Assembly (NCBI GenBank): GCA_000697335.1
Contig: JNEM01010881.1
Coordinates: 1-35,141 of the forward strand
Direction: 5' to 3'
DNA from: Conidiobolus incongruus B7586
Lineage: Eukaryota
DNA length: 35,141 nucleotides
The notes under the pieces are model-generated. The model was not told the DNA's origin, did not search any database, and saw only the letters and a list, made by a program, of their open reading frames with translations. Both the position numbers and the translations under genes were made by a program. Below, piece by piece: positions 26,073 to 35,141 of the stretch. Position 1 is the first letter of the stretch. Every line of letters starts with the position of its first letter.

Positions 26073-26813
26073 ATGACTTTTGGAGTAAGTATAAATATAA
26101 TTTGAATATGTTGTCAAATAATTAATTATATTTCAGAAACTTTACGGTCCTATTACTAACCCTCGTGTTCAAAAAGCTCTCCTTGTCGCTGAATTCAATG
26201 GTATTGAACTTGAGACCACTCCTGGATTTAAAATTGGTGTCGATACTCGTGCTCCTGAATATATTGAAAAGTTCCCTTTAGGCCAATCTCCTGGTCTTGA
26301 AACTTCTGATGGCCTTTTCCTCAGTGAAAGTGCTGCTATTGCTTTTCATCGTAAGTGAATTTTTATTAATTTTATAATTTTTATTAATAATTTGTATTAG
26401 TTGCTCAGTCTAAGAGCGATACCACTCTTCTTGGTCAAAATCCAAATGATCTTGCTAAAATCTGGCAACTTATACTTTTCGCTGAATCCAGTTTGGTGAA
26501 TCCTGTAATTAGTCTTTTGAAGCCTAGATGGCTTGGTCAAGTTCTTCCTGAAGATCAACAAAAGAAATACTATGAAGCTTTGGACCGTTACTTGACTTAT
26601 TTGGATAACTTTATTGGAGATAAATCTTACTTAGTTGGTGATCGTGTTTCTCTTGCTGATATCAACCTTATCTGCAATTTAAAGTTAATCTTCGAAAACC
26701 TCATGACAGATGAATTGAAGTCCAAGTATGCTAACTTGACCAAATATTTTTATGAAATTTTGAAACTGCCTCAATTTAGCAAAATTATTGGTCAGGTCTC
26801 TTATCAAGGGTAG
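26073..26813 (+). CDS. Glutathione S-transferase, stand-alone EF1B-gamma-type GST domain, 212 aa; exons 26073-26084, 26137-26350, 26401-26813
   Basis: Splicing out two GTAAGT..AG introns (52 and 50 nt) gives an uninterrupted 639-nt ORF: MTFGKLYGPITNPRVQKALLVAEFNGIEL..KFPLGQSPGLETSDGLFLSESAAIAFHLAQ..LLG..YLVGDRVSLADINL..VSYQG*. The cis-Pro loop, SESAAI motif and SLADI N-cap are present. Confidence 0.93.
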
Positions 26814-28197
26814 TTAAATAAATGATAGGAAAATAATAAAGAATGTAATTATCCCAAAATGATATGACATATTCTAATTCATATTAATTAAAAACTTGAT
26901 GATTGTAAAAGAATAAAAAATTTCACTATATTGTTATTGAAAATAATTCAAATAGTCAAAAAAATACAATATTTGAAATTTTATCATAAAATTACAAAAT
27001 TCAGATTATTATTAAATACTTATTAGCTAGCACCCAAGTAATAATCATTCTTTGATCTACTTTAAACTTATATTGTATTCGATAATTATCTTCATTAGAT
27101 ATAAAGCAAATATATTGAACACTATATTAAAGCAGTTTTTGATAATTTCTTAAAATCAGCGTTACTAAGTAAGTTGTATCTATTTTTTAACACATTATTG
27201 ATTTCAATTCAATCAAATATATTAAAATTGATACTGAGAGAATTAATCGTAGTTTTCTTGAATTATAATTGTAATATATATATATTCTTTATAAAACTGA
27301 ATGCTATAGTTATAAATATTAACCGGATAGATTGTATAATTAAATATCATATTTTAAAACTATTAAATCAAAAAAATTTACCTTATACTACAATTTAGTC
27401 GATTTCAAAAAAAGGTAATCTTATTCCAATATCATTCATCTATAATATTCCAGTTCCTGAATTCTTGAAACATAAATATATATTCAACAATTTAAGGTAA
27501 TATAAATATTAAAAAAATCAGTATTAATATTCATCAATTAATAAAAATTTATATTGGATAAATTTATTTGATAAAAACAATTTTTTAAACATAATAACAG
27601 CGTTTTTTGAATTTTGAATTATTAATTTTAAAAATAATCAACAATACATTGAAAAAAATATGTTTTATTCAGATTATAAAACAGAATCAAATTAATGTAA
27701 ATGATATTAAGATATCATATATAAAATATTGAATATTGACTTCATCCTAATCCTCTTTAAATTGATATAATTATGTATAAAATCGTCATCGTTTTAAATT
27801 CAGTTAATTTCTATTTTTTTGTCCTTTTTCAATTTACAAAATTATGTAGTATACAAATTAATTGATTTATAATATAATATAATTAATTCATCAACTTCGT
27901 AATCGAAAGGATAAAACATTTAGATTTAACGGAAATATTGCCCCATTTTGCACCATTAGTTAAATTAATTCATTATTTATTAATTGCATTAATTGATAAT
28001 ATTGATTGATTTTAATATTATACTTAAAAATAATTACAAAATAATTAATTTGCTTTTGTAACAAATTTGCATATGTGAAATTTCGATTTTACAAAGTTGA
28101 CTGGAGGGAAATAGGTGGCATAACTGATATATATATATGTGTCGCAGTCTAAAATAATCGATATAAAATTTGCATTTGAAATATAAAGAAATCAAGA

Positions 28198-28924
28198 TTG
28201 TTTTTTGGAGCAAGTTTGAATTATTATCCATATATATAAATTCATTAAAACTGGAAAGTTATATGGGCCTACTTAAGCAAATACTCGTGTAGTTAAAACT
28301 TTGATTGCAGCTTGAATTAATGGCCTTTAACTAGATACTATTGGATTTCAAGTTCTTGTTGATAATAGAGAGCGCGAGTTTGCTAGAAAAAATATCACCT
28401 AGATAAATCTACTGGTCTCGAGACTTCTGATGGTCTGTTACTTACCATAAGTGCTGTTATCCTTTACCACGGTGAGACTTAATACTCCAATTTGGATTCA
28501 CTTTGGTCTATTTGCGAGTGGTAAACCTGACGCAATCTTACTTGGAAAGAATATAAACCAATTCTCCCAAATTCTTCAGTCCTTCCTCTCTAGTGAGTTT
28601 AGCTTAATTGATCCCATCCTTGACCTTTTCCTTCCTTAATTTTTAAATCCTAATAACCATGAAGCAATTAAATGAGGATTTAAATAACAAAACAATAAGA
28701 ATTTGGAATAATTTAACCAGGTTTTGGAAGGCAAACAGTACTTGGTCGGAAACACCGTGACTATTGCAGATATCAATACACTTTGCAAATTGACTCCTGA
28801 ATTTATTAAAGTTTACGCTGCCCAGACTTAACAAAGATATCCCAATGTTTTTTCATACTATGAACTCTTGGATAAATTGCTCTAGTTTGCAAGGTATATA
28901 TGCCAAATTCCATATAGTGAATAG
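28198..28924 (+). pseudogene. GST (EF1B-gamma-like) pseudogene 3
   Basis: Exon-1 remnant TTGTTTTTTGGA-GCAAGT, then KLYGPT*ANTRVVKTLIAA*INGL*LDT, GLETSDGLLLTISAVI and YLVGNTVTIADIN. Several stops and frameshifts. Confidence 0.87.
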
Positions 28925-29288
28925 ACTATTGAACTGCTGATTTGGCTATATATTCGCTGCCTCAATGATTAATTTGTAGGCTTTTTTTATAAAATATTAT
29001 ATTGAAAAAATAATAAAGCTATTTTTTAATATATTATATTGTGAATTTAATACCTTAATAAATTCAATTTAATATAAGAAAAAATATTTGTAATTGGTGA
29101 TAATTGAAAGACAAAGTTTTTTGTCTTTGGTATTTATACTATAGTTAATATACTTAAGTGTTAATTTTGTTGAAGGATTATGCTGGATAGATGATATATA
29201 TTTTAATTGGTTAAATTCACCTTAATCTTTTCACCAAACTTTTTTTCTCATTTGTATTAAATTTTAAAAACTTGATTTTACAATATTA

Positions 29289-30599
29289 TTAGTGTAGAAA
29301 TTAAGTAATAGCACAATTTTAAAATTAAAATTAAACAAATAAATTAATAAATAATATATAAAAATTAATGAATAATATAAAATTAATAGCCTTTTTTATT
29401 ATTAACAACTCTTTTCTATACTTTTAATAAGCTTCTAATACTTAAACAATTCTTTTTATTAAGGATTGAAATTTGATGTTTCATGAACCAATTTAATTTG
29501 TTTGCAGGAATTTTTTTTCTTGTAAGCTGTTTTTTTAATTGTCTAAAATAATTATAATTATATAGGTTATAATCAAGTGAATATATTAGATATAGTAACT
29601 CCCTCTATTTTTATTATATAAAAAACCTTTTATAACTAGCTTTATATATTTTGCAATTATTATATAAAATAATAAGTGTCTTTAATTTTTATTGAGAACA
29701 CCATTTAAAAATTATTTTATTTAAAAAAATAATATATAATTTACTATTAATTAATTTTCCTTAAGGTATTAAATAAGAAAACTTTATACTATTATAATTT
29801 ATTATAAAAATTAACATTTGCTTATATTTAAAGTATTTATTCATTAGAATTTATAAAGTAGATTAATTTAACTTAACCTAACATTTTGTTTTATTTTTAA
29901 GTAAAAGATTATATAAAAAAGTTTAAGATTTATTAATTGTAAGTATTTATTGTAAAAACCTTTGTTTTTAGCTATACCTTAATAAGTTTTGTTTAGTTAT
30001 AGCTACTTTAGTTTCCTTTTAGGCTTTTGTTAAATTATAAGGTATCTATTTTATGTTTTTATTAATTAATTTAAGTTTAAATTTAAGTAAATATAATATG
30101 CTTATATAATTAATATTGAATTAATTTAATAGCTCTCTAATAGAAAATAAAGGGTATTTATTAATATATTTTTTTATTTTATTAATAAATAAAAAAATAA
30201 TAATAGAAATTAATTTTTTAGATTTTAATAAATTTTGAATAATATCCCTTCTAGCTTTAAAATCACAAATCTAGCAATATATGGTAGTTTTAAATAAAGC
30301 ACCATTTTTATAAGCTATTTGCAAGTTTTAAATTATTTTAGATGGTTTATGGTTAAGTTTTAAAGATACAAAAATGAAAGCCTTTTGATAATCACAATCT
30401 AGTTTAAACATGATTAAATTTAAACGCAAATTTTAAAATCAAAATATTTTATTAAAAAAATAATTAAAATTGAATATATATATAATTTGAAAATACTCAT
30501 TTTCATATATATTTTATATACATAAAATCTTTCAAAATGTATAATATGTTTGAAAGATCAGAAATATAAAAATTTGCTATATTTTAATTTCTATACTAA
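29289..30599 (+). mobile_element. ~1.3-kb non-autonomous TIR element, copy B (uninterrupted)
   Basis: TIRs TTAGTGTAGAAATTAAGTAATAGCA / TGCTATATTTTAATTTCTATACTAA flanked by TA. Colinear with copy A and carries a single AAATT (~29370) at the Gypsy insertion point. Confidence 0.87.
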
Positions 30600-31961
30600 T
30601 AATAATTGATTCAATATGGTTAATATTTATGGAAAACAAAGTTTTTCTTGAAAAAAATAATATTCATCATTAATTCATAGGTAATATTATTGATTTTTAT
30701 ATATTCTTTTGTTCTTGATTAAAATTATCCTGGTATATAAATATAAAAAACCATTATCAAATATATCAGTCCTTTCCAATTAAATATAATTAATATTTAT
30801 TCTTTTTGGTATGGGAAAAGAATATTTTTCAATTTTATAAACTATTTTAATATATTTTAAAATATATGTTAGATAGCTTTGCAATTAAATTTTAATAGCA
30901 TATTTATAGTTTGAATTAAAAAAATTATTAATTAATAATTTTATATTAACTAGCTATTAAAAAAATAACTTATATTTCTTTCAAAATATTTTATTAAAAA
31001 ATAAATAGAAATAATAACCTTTGAAAACTATAAATCTTACTAATAAATAATTATTAATGATTTATTATAATATATATTATCACGGATAAACTGATAGATA
31101 ATAGCTTATAGAATTAAATATATCATTTTTATTTCCTATATATAAAACATTTATAAAACAAAAATAATCCAAAATCAAATGATGCTTTTTTAATAATTAT
31201 ATATTGTCAAGTGAATACAATGCAAAAAAAACTTAAATTAAAAATAGGATAATAAATTTTATTTATGAGTAAGTATTTTTAAACTTTAAATATATTAGTT
31301 AATATAAATATATCAGGCTATATACTAATTGCTATAATATAAATATAATACTAATTACAGTTGTTTTAAGACTTAAATAACAAAAATAAATAATAATAAA
31401 CAAAGAAAAATAATGGTAAATAAAGAAAAATAATAAAAATTAAGAGAAAGAAATAAAAACAATAATTTTTAATTAAATTAATATGAATTATAAAATTTAA
31501 TTAACTTATTACCATAGAATTAAAAATTTGGGAAAATTTTTAATTTCTGATTTTTTCAATATATTATTAATTTCAAATAAAAAAAATAAACAAAACAGAT
31601 AGGAAAAAAAATAATATGGTATTATATATATAACACATTTGTTAAACAAATTTAACTTTTTAAAATTTACTGTTAAATTTAAAATTAAATTATATTATAA
31701 TCATCAGATGTTTTTTATTTTAATATTTTTAAAACTTAATTATAAACCCTCTAAATTTATTTAAAATATATAAACAGCTTTTAGTAATAGAGCATTATCT
31801 AAATCAAAAATATATCATTTGGTAAATCAATTTATAATTTAAGAAAGATATTACTATAGAGTCAAAAACATAGGAAATTTTTTAATATCTGATTTTTCAA
31901 ATATATTATTAGTTTCAAATAAAAAAAATATACAAAATAAATTAGAAAAAAATAGCTTTGA

Positions 31962-31964
<3 letters not shown>

Positions 31965-31992
<28 letters not shown>
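31965..31992. repeat. (AT)14 microsatellite inside TIR element copy C
   Basis: Read directly. The equivalent site in the other copies has a shorter AT run. Confidence 0.9.
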
Positions 31993-31995
<3 letters not shown>

Positions 31996-33237
31996 ATAAT
32001 TTTTTTGATTAATAAATTAATTTTTTGAAATTGGTTGTTTAATTTAATTATACTTAAATCAAATAATAACTATCAAAAGTTTTTTATTTCAGTATCAATA
32101 AAGCTTAACCATAAACCCTCTAAAATCATTTAAAATTTACAAGTAGCTTTTGATAATAAAGTATTATTTAAATTAACAATTTATTTCTAAATAAATTTCT
32201 TTAAAGTTAAAAGAGAAATTACCTAAAACCTATCAAAATTTAAAACACAGATTTCAATTATTATTGTTCTAATTATTAATAAAATTAAAAAATATATCAA
32301 AAAGTATCTTTTTATTTCAGTAAAAGAATTATCAAGATATTTTAATAATAGTTATATACTAACCTGCAAAAGTAAGTTATAAAATCAAATATATATATAT
32401 TTTAATTAATAACTAAAACAATTGTATATATTAATTTACTTGAAATTATAATATATAATTAAGGTATATTATTTGATTATAAATAAATATATTTAAATAT
32501 ATTTAGTAAACTATTAGCAAAAATATTAACCCTTAATATTTAACTAAGGTGAGTTATAAATTTGCAGGTTTTTGAGATAAGGGGATATATTTAACAATAT
32601 ATAACCATATCTTTTTTCTCTCTTTGTTATTATTTATATAATATTTTACAAATATACTAAATTCTTTTTATTAGTATTATTATACCTAAATCCCTCTCTA
32701 AAAAAACCTATTTGCATATTAATTAACTTTATGAAAAAGATAAATCAACTTATGATATTGCTAGAATTACTAGTGTTAACTAGTTTACTATAGTTAAAGC
32801 TATTAAGAATAGCAATAAAAACATATTTAAACTTAAACTTAAGTGTGTTAAAATTATAAATGAATATAATGAGAAGTATATCTATAGGTTGGTTAATACA
32901 AGTAAATATAGTATTGCTATAGAAATATAACAGGAATTATAAAACTATACAAGAATATTAGTTAACATTGATACTATTATATATGTTTTATATTAGCTTA
33001 GATACCACTTACACCTTAAGAAAAAACACCCCCAACTAAAAAAATCCTACTATAAAGCTAGGTAAGAGTTTAAATATTGCTATTAATGTTGAATTGAAAC
33101 TAATTAGAATAAGGTTATTTAGTCTAATGAAACAAAAATATACCTTAGTGAATCTAATAAAAAAGCTAGATACTTTAGAAAAAATACAAAACTACTTTAT
33201 AACCATCATGTTAATTTTACCCAAAAGTATAATAATG

Positions 33238-33585
33238 TGTATTATCCTAGTGCTGGAAACTAGGATAATTGTATTGAATTAAGTTGGAATGTGGATAAGT
33301 TATAGGATTAAGATGTAGTTATATAGAGTTTTATTGGAAGTTCTTGACAAAGACTTGGAGTTAGTTTCCTTCAGATAGATAGATAGATAGATAGTTGGAT
33401 AGATGGATGAATGAATAGATAGATGACTAGATGAATGAATAGATAGATAGATCCCTGTTGTATTTCTCCTTTTGATATTAGGATAAGAATAGATCAATTT
33501 AAGGGAAAGTAGAATAAGAGATAAATTATGGGTAAACTGATATTAAAGGTAAATATATATGGACTAATTGGGTAGATATGTGACA
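33238..33585. mobile_element. Solo LTR (348 bp) inserted in the Tc1 transposase
   Basis: TGT..ACA termini and 5-bp TSD TAATG (33233-37, 33586-90). Removing it restores the transposase frame at the KHGGGS-like motif. Confidence 0.88.
33373..33452. repeat. Imperfect (TAGA/TGGA/TGAA)n tetranucleotide microsatellite within the solo LTR
   Basis: AGATAGATAGATAGATAGTTGGATAGATGGATGAATGAATAGATAG.. read directly. Confidence 0.85.
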
Positions 33586-35141
33586 TAATGGGTTAATTAT
33601 TATTTAAAGATATATATTGTTTTTAGGTGTAAGATATCTTTATAAAATTAATAGGGGAATTAATGTTAAAATATACTAAAGTATTCTAAACAATAAATTG
33701 AAAAAAACTATTGAATAATATAGGTTAAACAAATCTAATGTTATTTTCCAGTAAGATAATACCTCTTGCTATATTATAACTTCTACTATCAAATAACTTA
33801 AAAATAACAAGATAACAGTTATAAAGTAGTTTTTTTAATCTCCTAACCTTAACCTAATTAAATACCTTTAGGATTAGTTAAAAAAAGCTATTAAAGCTTT
33901 CCCCCCAGCAAAAAATTTAGATCAACTTTAAAAATATATTCAAGAAGTATAGAACAAGATTAACCCTTCTTAGTATAAGAAGTTAGTTGATTTTATACCT
34001 CATAAACTTAAAGAAGTTAGAAAAGTTAAAGATAGATACACTAAGTTTTAATTTTTTTTTATCACCAAAAACCTACAAATTTATAACTCACTTTAGGTAA
34101 AATTTAAGTATTTATATTTTAACCAATTAATAACTAAATATCATTATATAATAATATATATTATTAATAAATATAATAGATTTTAATTATTTAAATTTAT
34201 TTCATTAAATATTAATTAAGTTATTAGTAAAAATATAAGTGTTTTTGATTTTATAACTTATTTTTACAGGTTAGTATATAAGTATTTTATATATATTAAA
34301 GTTTAAATTAAAATTAATTAATAAAAATAAAAAATATATATCTTATAATTTAACTAAAGCTTAAAAAAAGCTATAGTAGCTATTGCTAAATAAATTTTAC
34401 TAAAGTATAGCTAAAAACCAAGGTTTATATAGTAAATTATTATAATTGATGAATTCTAGGTGCTTTTGTATTATCTTTTACTTAAATATAAATCAATGTG
34501 TTAGATTAAGCTAAATCAACCCTTTTCACAAATTTCTTTACTAAACCCTTTGTTGATAAATAAATATTAATTATTATAATCGATTATAATAATATATGTT
34601 ATTTTTATTTAGTTCTTAAAGGAAAATTAATTAATAGTAAACTTTATATATCTTTTTTAAATAAAATTATTTTAAATTAGTATTTTTGATATAATTTAAG
34701 AAAACCTATAATTTTATATAATAATTGCAAAGTATTTAAATTTAAAGATATAAAAAATTTTCTAATTAAAAATAATAGAAAAAACTACCATATCTAATAT
34801 ATTCCTTAGATTATAACCTATATGATTATAATTATTTTAGGTAATTAAAAAACTAGCTTATAAGAAAGAAAATTTCTATAGGATAATTTAATTGATTTGT
34901 GAAATATTAAATTTCAGTCTTTAATAAAAAGTATTATTTTTTAAATATTAGATCTTTACCAAAAATATAGCAAAAAGTTATTTAAAATAAAAGAAACTAT
35001 TAATTTTATATTATATATTTATTTTTACCGTTTATATATTAAAATGTTTATTTTTTCAAATTTAAAAAATTCCCATTATTTAAATTACAAAGCAATATAA
35101 TTTAAAACCTATTAAAATTCAAAAGACTAATTTTAATTATC

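Larger units (their letters stand above)
32682..34051 (+). pseudogene. Tc1-type transposase pseudogene (339 codons once the solo LTR and one TSD copy are removed)
   Basis: All in one frame: ATA(=ATG)-PKSLS, HTH-like KSTYDIARITSVN*FTIVKAI, KVI*SNETK (33111-33137, from KVIWSDETK), KYNNGLIII*RY (from KHGGGSxMVWGC), FQ*DNTSCY (33746, from FQQDNAPCH), SPNLNLIKYL*D (33839, from SPDLNPIExLW) and KDRYTKF* (from KGGxTKY). D at 33755 and the E position at 33860 are separated by 34 residues. Confidence 0.93.
32357..34276 (+). mobile_element. Tc1/mariner DNA transposon (Tc1, DD34E), hypermutated
   Basis: ~32-bp TIRs TACTAACCTGCAAAAGTAAGTTATAAAATCAAA / TTTGATTTTTATAACTTATTTTTACAGGTTAGTA with TA on each flank, enclosing a transposase relic. 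Exact termini are +/-2 nt because of the TATATA context. Confidence 0.93.
31851..35095 (-). mobile_element. Diverged inverted member of the 1.3-kb TIR family, copy C, interrupted by a Tc1 transposon
   Basis: 31851-32356 plus 34279-35095 (~1.32 kb) match the reverse complement of copy B (e.g. 34342 CTTATAATTTAACTAAAGCTTAAAAAAAGCTATAGTAGCTA). TA on both flanks (31849-50, 35096-97). Confidence 0.78.
31509..35141 (-). mobile_element. Diverged inverted member of the 1.3-kb TIR family, copy D (31509-31850, resumes 35098 and runs off the window), interrupted by copy C
   Basis: 31509-31850 matches the reverse complement of the right end of copies A/B (e.g. AAAACTTAATTATAAACCCTCTAAA). 35098-35141 (TAATTTAAAACCTATTAAAATT..) is the expected continuation (compare 32220-32260). 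Confidence 0.7.

Noticed and set aside
25920..28834. ORFs 25920-26117(-), 27174-27398(+), 28034-28231(-) and 28643-28834(-)
   Set aside because: Low-complexity AT-derived or antisense to GST copies, with no recognisable motifs.
29287..30601. Termini TATTA..TAATA read as C>T-mutated CACTA..TAGTG (CACTA superfamily)
   Set aside because: There is no matching 3-bp TSD. The copy C-in-D junction reconstructs cleanly only if TA is the target duplication and the element starts at TTA[G/C].
33094..33497. ORFs 33094-33282(+) and 33300-33497(-)
   Set aside because: An off-frame read of the transposase relic and a translation of the TAGA microsatellite.
32682..34051. Stop-codon reassignment or RNA editing as the explanation for in-frame TAA/TAG in TE ORFs
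   Set aside because: Stops replace both Trp and Gln positions, and catalytic D/E codons are mutated too. The intact GST and GPCR use TAG/TAA as normal stops. DNA hypermutation is simpler.

Overview
Extremely AT-rich eukaryotic DNA with ~50-nt GTAAGT..AG introns. It is most consistent with an early-diverging fungus such as Conidiobolus/Entomophthoromycotina (inference, not proven). Only two genes look intact: a single-exon 7TM class-A-like GPCR (16608-17558) and a 3-exon stand-alone EF1B-gamma-type glutathione S-transferase (26073-26813). They sit among decayed relatives: three GST pseudogenes in the same orientation and two convergent GMC oxidoreductase pseudogenes. Much of the apparently non-coding AT desert is nested transposons. 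A full-length chromodomain Ty3/Gypsy element (4976-10675, TSD AAATT) lies inside one copy of a ~1.3-kb TA-flanked TIR element. At 31.5-35.1 kb there is a four-layer nest: TIR element > same-family TIR element > Tc1 (DD34E) transposon > solo LTR. The main signal is that these repeats were destroyed almost only by C>T/G>A transitions on both strands, often at CpA/TpG. The 339-codon Tc1 transposase stays in frame at every motif checked. This points to a RIP-like, repeat-directed hypermutation genome defence that apparently spares diverged host-gene paralogues.
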